From: Actinomycetota bacterium
GTDB taxonomy: Bacteria > Actinomycetota > Acidimicrobiia > Actinomarinales > Actinomarinaceae
Length of the DNA: 64,000 nt
Direction of reading: 5' to 3'
NCBI GenBank assembly: GCA_014239265.1
Contig: JAAZZH010000001.1
Span: forward strand, 107,419-171,418
In this document: positions 19,447 to 28,675 of the stretch, piece by piece
Numbering within the stretch: position 1 is the first letter of the stretch
Layout: every line of letters starts with the position of its first letter
The notes under the pieces: model-generated
The model's input: only the letters and a program-made list of their open reading frames with translations
Databases searched by the model: none
What the model was told of the DNA's origin: nothing
Made by a program: the position numbers and the translations under genes

Positions 19447-20142
19447 TAGCCATTTCATAAGATCGTTGGTTATATCATCTTCCAGTAGATTTTCAGGATG
19501 CCATTGTATTCCTATAGCTTCCCAGTCAGATGTAGATTCAATTCCTTCTATTAAGTTATCCTCCGACATAGCATTTACTTTTAGATCCTGACCAAGGTCA
19601 TTGATTACTTGATGGTGGATGCTGTTAACACCTACATTGTTACCAGCAGTAACTTCACTTAAAACCGTTTGCTCTAAAATATTTATATTGTGTATGTGTT
19701 GTGAAGTAGCTTCGTTTATTTGTAAGTGTTCAATTTCTGTGTCAAAATTATCAGCTATGTGTTGATGTAAAGTTCCGCCTTTGTAAACATTTAGCAATTG
19801 GTGACCTCTACATATTGCAAGTGTTTTAATGAAATTTGTTTCTGCTATTTGTAATAAATTTAGTTCAGTTTTGTCTCTTTCATCTGAAATTCTTGTGGTT
19901 TTGGTGTCTACTTCTGCACCATATATAGAGGGATTGATATCACCTCCTCCTGTAAGTATTAACCTGTCAAAATTGGACTTACTAAATTCTATCGATAAGT
20001 TCTGAGGGGGAATAATTATAACTTCAGCACCAAATTTGTTACATAAATTAACAAATGAGATATTTAATACAGAACATGGAATAGTTCCAGGTGATAGGGT
20101 GGAATCTTCTATTCCCGAAGAAATAGCTATTAATTTACTCAT
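19438..20142 (-). CDS. Class I glutamine amidotransferase / peptidase C26 (gamma-glutamyl-GABA hydrolase-like)
   Basis: The catalytic Cys motif is LAICRGHQLLNV. A His-containing C-terminus (IQWHPE) is present. Confidence 0.7.
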   Translation of the reverse strand: MSKLIAISSGIEDSTLSPGTIPCSVLNISFVNLCNKFGAEVIIIPPQNLSIEFSKSNFDRLILTGGGDINPSIYGAEVDTKTTRISDERDKTELNLLQIAETNFIKTLAICRGHQLLNVYKGGTLHQHIADNFDTEIEHLQINEATSQHIHNINILEQTVLSEVTAGNNVGVNSIHHQVINDLGQDLKVNAMSEDNLIEGIESTSDWEAIGIQWHPENLLEDDITNDLMKWLLS

Positions 20143-20548
20143 TTATCATAAATATTGTTTGAACTTCAACACTCACATTTAGAGGTAAGCTTATAACACC
20201 AACAGCTGATCTTGTCGCTTTTTCCGAAAAGAACTCAGCTAACTTATCAGTAAAACCATTTAGAACATTTGCATGTTCAGTAAAAGAAGGCTCTGAGTTA
20301 ATAAATCCCACAACATTAATTGGAGATAATATTTTGAGATCATATTCTGTTTGTAATGTAGCTAATGTTAACTCTGCGCATAATTCGGCTGCAGTGTAAG
20401 CATCATCTACGCTTACTTCGCTAGGTACTTTACCAGTAAATTTTGTCTCATTATTAATTGGGATGTGACCAGAAGTATATATTAAACTTCCAGCACGTTT
20501 GAGGGTAATATAGTTTCCAACTGCTTTAGGTGCTTCAGGTAAATTCAT
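20135..20548 (-). CDS. RidA/YjgF-family reactive-intermediate deaminase
   Basis: It has the YjgF/L-PSP length and motifs (PKAVGNYI...SGHIP...VEVQTIF). Confidence 0.7.
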   Translation of the reverse strand: MNLPEAPKAVGNYITLKRAGSLIYTSGHIPINNETKFTGKVPSEVSVDDAYTAAELCAELTLATLQTEYDLKILSPINVVGFINSEPSFTEHANVLNGFTDKLAEFFSEKATRSAVGVISLPLNVSVEVQTIFMINE

Positions 20549-20549
20549 G

Positions 20550-21554
20550 TTAATTACTGTTGACCAGTATATTTACTAAATCAACAATACGGTTTGAGTA
20601 TCCCCACTCATTGTCATACCAGCAAACAACTTTTATATGATTTCCACTTAATAGCTGAGTGGATGAAGCATCGTAAATACTTGAATGAGGATTTTGTAAA
20701 ATATCAGTAGATACTAAGGGGATAGAGGAGTATTCAAGGATACCTTTCAATTCATTATCAGCAGCTTTCTTAACAGCATCATTTACCTCTTGTACAGTTA
20801 CTTCTTCATTAAGCTCTACTACCAAATCAACAACGCTGCCATCTGGGACAGGTACCCTCATTGCCATACCATCAAGTTTTCCATTTAACTCTGGCAACAC
20901 CATGCCAACGGCTTTTGCGGCACCAGTAGAGGTAGGAATTATATTTTGTGTAGCACTTCTCCCTCTTCTAAAATCTTTATGTGTAGTTTCAGCGAGAGCT
21001 TGGTCATTGGTATAGGCATGAATAGTAGTCATTAAGCCTGACTTAATCCCAAAATTATCATTTAAGACTTTGGCAATAGGTGCTAAGCAGTTTGTTGTAC
21101 ATGAGGCATTAGATATTAATTTTGAATCCTCATTAAGATCTCCATCGTTTACACCTAATACAACTGTTGCATCAATTTCATCTTTTGGCGGTACTGTTAA
21201 AACTACCTTTTTAGCTCCTGCCTCAATATGTTTTTCAAGAGATTTTCTATCTGCAAAGATACCGGTTGATTCTATAACAATATCTATGTCTAGTTCTTTC
21301 CAGGGTAATTCTGCAGGATTTGCAACAGAGACTAATTTTATTTCTCTGTCATCAATTTTTAATATATCTTCATTAAGAGTTACATCGTGATTCAATACTC
21401 CCATTACAGAGTCATGTTTTAATAAATAGGAAAGATTTTCATAATTCCCCAGATCATTTATTGCAACTACATTTAAATCAGAGTCACTTTCAATAATTAT
21501 TCTAAGAATCGATCTACCAATTCTGCCAAAACCGTTAATTGCAATATTACTCAT
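20550..21554 (-). CDS. gap: Glyceraldehyde-3-phosphate dehydrogenase, type I (canonical active site)
   Basis: The sequence includes INGFGRIGR, the active-site NASCTTNCLAP, TTIHAYT and WYDNEWGYS. Confidence 0.9.
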   Translation of the reverse strand: MSNIAINGFGRIGRSILRIIIESDSDLNVVAINDLGNYENLSYLLKHDSVMGVLNHDVTLNEDILKIDDREIKLVSVANPAELPWKELDIDIVIESTGIFADRKSLEKHIEAGAKKVVLTVPPKDEIDATVVLGVNDGDLNEDSKLISNASCTTNCLAPIAKVLNDNFGIKSGLMTTIHAYTNDQALAETTHKDFRRGRSATQNIIPTSTGAAKAVGMVLPELNGKLDGMAMRVPVPDGSVVDLVVELNEEVTVQEVNDAVKKAADNELKGILEYSSIPLVSTDILQNPHSSIYDASSTQLLSGNHIKVVCWYDNEWGYSNRIVDLVNILVNSN

Positions 21555-22560
21555 TGACTCTACTTTCTGAAAGTTTGGTTATTGTGTCGATTATTCTTGC
21601 ACTATATCCCCATCCATTATCAAACCAGACAAGGATTTTAATTTTATTGTTATTTATATCCATGGTTGCTAAACCATCAATAATTCCAGAATGTGAATTA
21701 CCAACAACATCTGAGGAGACAATTGGATCAAAAGTTATATCAAGAACTTTATTGTATGGAAGATGCTTAATAGCCTCTTTAATCGTCTGATTGATTTCTT
21801 CAGATGTAGCTTGTGTTTTAATATCAATTGTAAGGTCGACAGTACTTCCATCTGGTACAGGTACTGTCATAGAGGATGATGCAACCTTATCTTTCATAAA
21901 AGGTAAAACAGTTTCAATAACTTCTGAAGATTTAGTGATAGCAGGAATGATATTTTCTCCTGCAGCTCTGTTTAATCTGAAACCTTCACCGGCAACGTCA
22001 GCCAATCTATTTGAATTTGAATAACCGTGAACAGTAGTAAGAAATGCTCTCTCTACACCATATTTTTCATGAATAATTTTGAGCAGGGGAGCTACAGCAT
22101 TAGCTGTGTTTGATCCAAGAGATATGATGTCATTGTTAAAATCAACCTTTGTATCATTAGCACCAGGAACATAAATTTGTATATCACTCCCAGATTTAGG
22201 TGTCGATGCAATCAATACTCTTTTACAACCTTTTGCAATATGTTCATTGACCTCCTCAAGGTCTTGTTTTCTTCCAGTGGATACTATTAATATGTCGGTC
22301 TCAAGATCCTGCCAGGATGCTTCTGAAGCATCTTTCCAGTCATTAAAGACTATATTTTTACCATTTATTTTAAAACCAGTATCTGTTGATTCTATATCCG
22401 CATCGAGTTTTCCATATATTGTGTCGTATTTAAGCAAATAAAGAAGATTCTCTTTATCGGCTATATCGGAAATAGAGACAATATTTATTAAATCATTATT
22501 AAGAGTTTGTCTTAATAGGTCTCTTCCTATTCTTCCAAACCCTAAAATTGAAATGTTCAT
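21547..22560 (-). CDS. GAPDH-like paralog lacking both active-site cysteines (SNTANA in place of SCTTNC)
   Basis: It has ILGFGRIGR...SLGSNTANAVAPLL...TTVHGYS...WFDNGWGYS. The Cys-less motif was verified by reverse-translating nucleotides 22105-22125. Confidence 0.75.
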   Translation of the reverse strand: MNISILGFGRIGRDLLRQTLNNDLINIVSISDIADKENLLYLLKYDTIYGKLDADIESTDTGFKINGKNIVFNDWKDASEASWQDLETDILIVSTGRKQDLEEVNEHIAKGCKRVLIASTPKSGSDIQIYVPGANDTKVDFNNDIISLGSNTANAVAPLLKIIHEKYGVERAFLTTVHGYSNSNRLADVAGEGFRLNRAAGENIIPAITKSSEVIETVLPFMKDKVASSSMTVPVPDGSTVDLTIDIKTQATSEEINQTIKEAIKHLPYNKVLDITFDPIVSSDVVGNSHSGIIDGLATMDINNNKIKILVWFDNGWGYSARIIDTITKLSESRVNE

Positions 22561-22633
22561 AAATGCCTCGTATAGTTAAGTCTTAATCATAAAGGATTGG
22601 TTGTATAAATTATGTCGATTTTATTAAATATTT

Positions 22634-23761
22634 GTGAACTCTAGAGTATTGGTAATGATGTTATACGAACAAATAGATACCCTTCTCTTTGGAGAAAAGC
22701 CAACCTCGGAACTGTCTGCCGAGGCTTTTGATGTTAAATTATCAAGTTTCGGAAAAAATATTACATACAGTCCTAAGGTTTTTATACCCCTAACTACTTT
22801 ATGTCAAGATTCATGTGCGTATTGTACATTTGTTAAAACCCCAAAAGATGGAGGTACTTTCCTTAACTATGAAGAAGTAGATGCAATTGCATCTGTTGGT
22901 GTATCTGCAGGGTGTTACGAAGCATTATTTACACTTGGAGATAAACCAGAGGTTAAATGGGATTTTGCACTTGAACAATTAAAAAGTTTTGGTTTTTCTT
23001 CAACTCATGAGTATCTAACTGACAATATGAAAAAAATTCATCAGAAATATAAAATATTTCCTCATGCAAATCCAGGATTAATGACTAAAGATGAAATTAT
23101 TAACTACAAACAATATTCTCCCTCTGGAGGTCTTATGCTAGAGAGTTTTTCTCCTAAATTACTGGAAAAAGGTCGAGCACACTATGGTGCTAAAACAAAA
23201 AATATAAAATATCGAATTGAAACATTAAATAATGCTGAAAAAATTAAATACCCAATGACAACAGGTCTTCTTATTGGGATAACTGAGAGTAAAGATGAAT
23301 TAATAAATGATATTGTAGAACTTATTCAATTATGTAAAAAAAATACTGCAATACAGGAAATAATTTTACAAAACTTTAGAGCTAAAAAAAATACGCTTAT
23401 GAGAAATAATGCCGAAATAATAAATGATCTCTTCTTAAGGATTATCGCAATCACAAGATTATTGTTACCATCCCAGATTTCATTACAGGTCCCACCTAAC
23501 CTATTACCTGATGTTGAAATGTACTTAACTAGTGGTATTAATGACTTAGGAGGAATATCACCTAAGACTATTGATTGGGTTAATCCTGATCACTTGTGGC
23601 CAGATCTAAATAATTTAGAAAAAATAACAAGTTCAAGTGGACAATCTCTTAAAAAAAGACTTCCTGTTTATCCAAGTTTTATAAATAATGAATGGTTAAG
23701 CCCACCAGTTTTTGAAAAAGTCAGTAATGTTATTGATAACAATGGTTATCCGAAACAATGA
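22634..23761 (+). CDS. cofG: FO synthase subunit 1 (7,8-didemethyl-8-hydroxy-5-deazariboflavin synthase) CofG
   Basis: The radical SAM motif sits in the CofG context ITYSPKVFIPLTTLCQDSCAYCTFV. The start is GTG 22634 or ATG 22655. Confidence 0.75.
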   Translation: MNSRVLVMMLYEQIDTLLFGEKPTSELSAEAFDVKLSSFGKNITYSPKVFIPLTTLCQDSCAYCTFVKTPKDGGTFLNYEEVDAIASVGVSAGCYEALFTLGDKPEVKWDFALEQLKSFGFSSTHEYLTDNMKKIHQKYKIFPHANPGLMTKDEIINYKQYSPSGGLMLESFSPKLLEKGRAHYGAKTKNIKYRIETLNNAEKIKYPMTTGLLIGITESKDELINDIVELIQLCKKNTAIQEIILQNFRAKKNTLMRNNAEIINDLFLRIIAITRLLLPSQISLQVPPNLLPDVEMYLTSGINDLGGISPKTIDWVNPDHLWPDLNNLEKITSSSGQSLKKRLPVYPSFINNEWLSPPVFEKVSNVIDNNGYPKQ

Positions 23762-25611
23762 TAGAAAATAAAAATATATCCTATTTAAGAGTCCGTCCTT
23801 GCGATAGTGATAATGAGATATATTTGAATTCAAGAGCTAAAGAAGGTACTTCTGCCTTTACTTTGAAACCAGGACTTGATATCAATTATCAAAATCTATT
23901 AATAAATGGCTTTCAAACTATTTCATCAGATATTGTTTCTAATTCTTCAGCATGGTTCGTTGATGATGAACTGATAAACACAAAGATAGAACAAAATTCA
24001 AAAAGATTAATTTATCGATACAAGGGAATTAAAGAAAATGCTTTAGAAGTGATTTCAAGATACAAACCAGCGATAGTACTTATAGATAACCTCGAAGATA
24101 TGGAATTTTTCATGTCTCTTAATGGAACAACTAATTTTATTATCTCTAAGTATGTTAACTCTATAGATGAGGCTATAGAGGCTGTAAAAAGGGGAGTCGA
24201 TGACTTATTTCTGCGTGATTGGAGCAAAAATCAAATTCTAGAACTTCAAAGTAATTTATCAATTCCTTTGTACGAGAGAACAATACTTTCACCACTGCTA
24301 GAAGTTAATGAAGCCAGGAACTTATTAGAAAAAACTGAATTTACAAATTTCCTTCAAACGAGAAATGTTCGAGGTTACAAAAGAGAAACTACTTCATGGT
24401 ATCCAGGCAGCGGAGAGTCTATACCTAATCTTTTCAATTTCACTTCAGAAACATTATCTGATTATAAAACCTCGAATTTAGATAATATTTTAAAAAATTT
24501 TCAAAAAACAGAACATCTTAATGAAAAAGATCTCCTTGATTTATTTAAAACATCTGGAAAGTACATCAATCAAATTGCTGAACTTGCGAATGAGTTAACA
24601 AAGAATGTTCACGGTAACAAAGTTACATTTGTTAAAAACCGAAACATCAATTACACAAATCAGTGTTATTACAAGTGTGGTTTCTGTGGCTTTTCAAAAG
24701 GTCCCCAAAGTTTAGATCTTAAAGAAAAACCATATACATTAACACCTGATGAAGTCCTTAATAGAACAATAGAAGCACATAAAAATGGCGCCTCAGAAGT
24801 TTGCTTACAAGGGGGGATTCATCCAAGTTATACAGGAGATTTCTATATTGATTTAGTTAAAAAAATAAAGAGTGAATTACCTGACATGCACATACATGGG
24901 TTTACACCACTGGAAATATGGCAAGGTGCAAATACTGTAAATAAGTCAATAGAAAACTATTTACAAGAACTTAAAGAAGCAGGGTTGGGAACTCTACCTG
25001 GCACTGCAGCTGAAATACTGGATGACAGAATAAGGAAGTACTTGTGCGATGATAAAATTACTTCATCTCAATGGGGTTACGTTATGGAAGTTGCTCATTC
25101 ATTAGGTATTAAATCTACTGCAACAATTATGTTCGGCCACATAGATGATCTAGAGTCTTGGGTAAATCACTTTCAATTAATTAAAAATATTCAATTAAAA
25201 ACAAATGGATTTACAGAAATTGTCCCTCTTCCTTTTGTTCACATGGGTTCTCCAATATTTTTACAAGGTAAGAGTATGCCAGGTCCTGCTTGGGATGAAA
25301 TAGTGCTGATGCATTCATTAGCGAGAATATACTTTTACAACACAATAGATAATATTCAAGCAAGCTGGGTAAAACTTGGTCATGATGGTGCAAAAGTGCT
25401 TCTTGAGTCTGGTGTTAATGATCTCGGAGGAACGTTAATCAATGAAAACATCAGTAGGGCATCAGGAGCAAATCACGGTCAGGAGACTACTGACATGGAA
25501 TTTATCAGTCTAATTAATGATGCAGGAAAAATTCCATATTTAAGAAACACGTTATATACATCTTTTAAGAATCTTGAAAGTGTAAGTTTTGAAAATGTTA
25601 TCAAAATATAA
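23758..25611 (+). CDS. cofH: FO synthase subunit 2 CofH with a ~250-aa N-terminal extension of unknown function
   Basis: The CofH radical SAM motif is VTFVKNRNINYTNQCYYKCGFCGFSKG, at residue ~300. There is an ATGA overlap with cofG. The frame is open through the extension. Confidence 0.7.
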   Translation: MIENKNISYLRVRPCDSDNEIYLNSRAKEGTSAFTLKPGLDINYQNLLINGFQTISSDIVSNSSAWFVDDELINTKIEQNSKRLIYRYKGIKENALEVISRYKPAIVLIDNLEDMEFFMSLNGTTNFIISKYVNSIDEAIEAVKRGVDDLFLRDWSKNQILELQSNLSIPLYERTILSPLLEVNEARNLLEKTEFTNFLQTRNVRGYKRETTSWYPGSGESIPNLFNFTSETLSDYKTSNLDNILKNFQKTEHLNEKDLLDLFKTSGKYINQIAELANELTKNVHGNKVTFVKNRNINYTNQCYYKCGFCGFSKGPQSLDLKEKPYTLTPDEVLNRTIEAHKNGASEVCLQGGIHPSYTGDFYIDLVKKIKSELPDMHIHGFTPLEIWQGANTVNKSIENYLQELKEAGLGTLPGTAAEILDDRIRKYLCDDKITSSQWGYVMEVAHSLGIKSTATIMFGHIDDLESWVNHFQLIKNIQLKTNGFTEIVPLPFVHMGSPIFLQGKSMPGPAWDEIVLMHSLARIYFYNTIDNIQASWVKLGHDGAKVLLESGVNDLGGTLINENISRASGANHGQETTDMEFISLINDAGKIPYLRNTLYTSFKNLESVSFENVIKI

Positions 25612-26233
25612 TATAGTCACATTATTTCCAAAACTCATAGACGAGTGGTCAGAAACTGGAATAATCTCTAAAGCACATGAAAGTTCCCTTTTTGAACTAT
25701 CTACAACAAATCTAAGAGACTACGGTCTAGGTGATTACCACCAGGTTGATGACGCACCATATGGTGGTGGACCAGGTATGGTACTTATGCCGGAACCTCT
25801 GGATAACGCAATATCAGCTAATAAATTGGATATAAATATATTTTTAACTCCATCGGGGGACCAGTTGAATGAAAATCTTATAACCGAATTGCATACATTT
25901 CAATCAGCAAACATCATTTGCGGCAGATATGAAGGATTTGATCAAAGGATTATTGATATGCATGCTGATTATCAAATATCAATTGGTCAAACTGTTGTTT
26001 CAGGTGGGGAAGTCCCTGCACTGTTCTTACTTGAAGCTCTGATAAGAAAAATACCTGGTGCACTAGGTAACGCCGAATCTCTACTTACTGAATCATTTAC
26101 AGATGGAAAACTCGACCATCCCGTGTACACGAGACCTGAAGTCTATAAAGATAAAGAGGTTCCATCCGTATTACTATCGGGAAATCACAAAAAAATTGAA
26201 GAATGGAAAAAGAATAATTTAACGGACATATAA
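25589..26233 (+). CDS. trmD: tRNA (guanine37-N1)-methyltransferase
   Basis: It has IVTLFP...YHQVDDAPYGGGPGMVL...ICGRYEGFDQR. Confidence 0.9.
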   Translation: MKMLSKYNIVTLFPKLIDEWSETGIISKAHESSLFELSTTNLRDYGLGDYHQVDDAPYGGGPGMVLMPEPLDNAISANKLDINIFLTPSGDQLNENLITELHTFQSANIICGRYEGFDQRIIDMHADYQISIGQTVVSGGEVPALFLLEALIRKIPGALGNAESLLTESFTDGKLDHPVYTRPEVYKDKEVPSVLLSGNHKKIEEWKKNNLTDI

Positions 26234-26270
26234 AGCTAAATAACTTATATAATCCTCTACTGGAGAAGAT

Positions 26271-26615
26271 ATGAATTTAATTGAAGAAATAGAACAATCA
26301 AAGTTAAAAGAAGAATTACCTTCTTATAAAGCTGGTGATTCTGTAAAAGTTAATGTAAAAGTTTCCGAAGGTAATCGTGAAAGAATCCAAACTTTTGAAG
26401 GCGTAATAATTGCAACTAATGGTGTTGCTCTCAATAAAACTATTACAGTACGCAAACTTTCATTTGGTGTAGGCGTGGAAAGAATATTCCCCGTACATGC
26501 TCCAATAGTTGACTCTATAGAGGTTATTAGAAAAGGTAAAGTTCGTAGGTCTAAACTTTACTATCTAAGAGATCGAGTAGGAAAAGCTGCCAAAATCAAA
26601 GAAGATCGTTCATAA
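26271..26615 (+). CDS. rplS: 50S ribosomal protein L19
   Basis: It has [12 protein letters not shown]...[10 protein letters not shown]...[13 protein letters not shown]. Confidence 0.9.
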   Translation: MNLIEEIEQSKLKEELPSYKAGDSVKVNVKVSEGNRERIQTFEGVIIATNGVALNKTITVRKLSFGVGVERIFPVHAPIVDSIEVIRKGKVRRSKLYYLRDRVGKAAKIKEDRS

Positions 26616-26677
26616 CTTATTAATATTAAATTATTATAAGAATCTTTACTAAGCTATTAACTATCCTTCTAGCAATA

Positions 26678-27214
26678 TTGCTAGCTTCAATAATCAGAAT
26701 ATTCTTGGTCCAATTATATATAATTCCATCTGAGTCGATGACTCCCACGCTTAATGTATCCGATAGGGTACTAGTTCTTAAAGATGATATCTCCAACATC
26801 AATTATGGTATTGGAGAAATCGTTGTTTTCTACCATCCAGATACCTATGTAGACGTATCTCCAGCTTCCAAATTAGTTGAATCATTAAAAGTATGGAATT
26901 ATTTAGACACTACTTCACAAACGGTCTATATAAAAAGAATAATCGGGTTACCTGGAGACGTAATAGAAATTGACACTCTTGGAAATATTTATAGAAATAA
27001 TGAGTTATTAATATTTAAAGGTATATTAAATGAAACATTTACCAATCAAGAAAAATATAACGTACCAAATGATTCATATTTTTTATTAGGTGACAACAGA
27101 AGTAACAGCCAAGATTCCAGAATTTTTGGATACGTCCCCGTCCAAAATCTAATTGGAAAAGCTATCTATGTGGTCTACCCATATGAAAATATCCAAAAAT
27201 TAGATAATGATTGA
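26678..27214 (+). CDS. lepB: Signal peptidase I
   Basis: The catalytic Ser region is IIPSESMTPTL and the box E is GDNRSNSQDSR. The start is uncertain (TTG; a hydrophobic in-frame extension lies upstream). Confidence 0.8.
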   Translation: MLASIIRIFLVQLYIIPSESMTPTLNVSDRVLVLKDDISNINYGIGEIVVFYHPDTYVDVSPASKLVESLKVWNYLDTTSQTVYIKRIIGLPGDVIEIDTLGNIYRNNELLIFKGILNETFTNQEKYNVPNDSYFLLGDNRSNSQDSRIFGYVPVQNLIGKAIYVVYPYENIQKLDND

Positions 27215-27794
27215 ATTTAATATTTGGAAGGAAAACCCTCAACAATTTATTATTGGAGCTGATGAAGTAGGTAGAGGTTGTTTTGCTGGACCAATTGTTG
27301 GATGTGCTGTCAAAATAAGTTCAAAAGATAAAAAGTACCTTTCAGAAGTAAAAGATTCAAAGAAACTCAGCTCAAAAAAGAGAAATAGTATATTTAACGA
27401 CATTCATAAAGCTGATATTGTTTATGCGCTTTCAATATGTGACAATACACAAATTGATAAATACGGCATTCAAAAAGCAAATCAGGTTGTTCTTTCAGAT
27501 TCAATAAATAAGATAAAAAAAGGAACTGAAAAAATATATGTAGATCATTTCAAAATAAATATTTCGCATGCAATATCTTTAACTAGAGGAGAAGATAAAA
27601 GTTTGGCTATAGCTTTAGCAAGCATTATTGCCAAAGTTAGTAGAGACAATTACATGATAAAAATCTCGAATACATATCCTGAGTATGACTTTGCAAGTAA
27701 TAAGGGGTACGGAACCTTGAAACATAGAAATGCTATTGCTAAATATGGACTTACAGATTTACACAGGGCATCTTTTAACTTAATGCCCAAATAA
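27207..27794 (+). CDS. rnhB: Ribonuclease HII
   Basis: The GADEVGRGCFAGP motif is present. Confidence 0.9.
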   Translation: MIEFNIWKENPQQFIIGADEVGRGCFAGPIVGCAVKISSKDKKYLSEVKDSKKLSSKKRNSIFNDIHKADIVYALSICDNTQIDKYGIQKANQVVLSDSINKIKKGTEKIYVDHFKINISHAISLTRGEDKSLAIALASIIAKVSRDNYMIKISNTYPEYDFASNKGYGTLKHRNAIAKYGLTDLHRASFNLMPK

Positions 27795-27919
27795 TTGCAA
27801 CAACAGCGAGAACTATACTAAAAATTATATTGAAATAATCAGTTTTGTTTGCCCTATAAGGTCTATTTGGATCAAATCCCATATCTGCATTCTAAGTTAA
27901 TTTATATTAAACTTGAAGT

Positions 27920-28675
27920 ATGGTTTTAGAATCTAAAAATGAAGGTAACGTACTTACTCTAAGTTTTAATGACGCGAAAACAAAAAACTCTATATCAGCA
28001 AATGATTGGGTTGAGTTTCGCAAACAAGTAAAAGAATTTGATGAAAGTGATTTAAAGTATTTGATTTTATCCCAGGTAAATGGTAATTTTTCTTCTGGCG
28101 CTCAACTAGGTGAGAACCTCAATGCACTCATGGATGATGTCACCGATGCAGCACAAGCTTTATGGGACTGCAGAAAACCTGTAATCTCACTTGTTGACGG
28201 AATCTGTGCAGGAGCGGGTGCTAATATGATTCTTTTATCAGATTTTATAATTGCTACACCAACTGCGCGATTCATAGAAGTATTTGCTAGGAGAGGGCTC
28301 GTTGTTGATTTTGCAGGTTCATGGACTCTTCCCAGAATAATAGGAGTACAAAAAGCTAAAGAATTAATGATGACTAGCGAAGAAATCACTGGTGAGGAAA
28401 TGAATAGACTTAATATGCTCTATAAAATGGTTGAACAAAGCAATCTACAAAATGAAGCATCATCTTTAATCGACAAATTAGATAAGTTAAGTTTTATATC
28501 TATATGCATGAATAAAGAACAAATTAAAAATGGTCTAAACAAAACTTTTTCAGATTCTTTAGAACTTGAGGGCATAAATCAAAAGAGTAGATTTATTCAT
28601 TCAGATGCTGCTGAGGGGATGATGGCCTTTATGGACAAGAGACAACCTGATTATAAAAATACATTAGATGCATAA
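27920..28675 (+). CDS. Enoyl-CoA hydratase/isomerase (crotonase) family protein
   Basis: The oxyanion-hole region is DGICAGAGANMILLSDFIIATPTARF. Confidence 0.7.
   Translation: MVLESKNEGNVLTLSFNDAKTKNSISANDWVEFRKQVKEFDESDLKYLILSQVNGNFSSGAQLGENLNALMDDVTDAAQALWDCRKPVISLVDGICAGAGANMILLSDFIIATPTARFIEVFARRGLVVDFAGSWTLPRIIGVQKAKELMMTSEEITGEEMNRLNMLYKMVEQSNLQNEASSLIDKLDKLSFISICMNKEQIKNGLNKTFSDSLELEGINQKSRFIHSDAAEGMMAFMDKRQPDYKNTLDA

Noticed and set aside
23758-23761. Possibility that cofG and cofH are a frameshifted single fbiC gene.
   Set aside because: The ATGA overlap is a standard translational-coupling junction. cofH's frame is continuously open for 617 aa with its own Met. No indel is needed to explain two genes.
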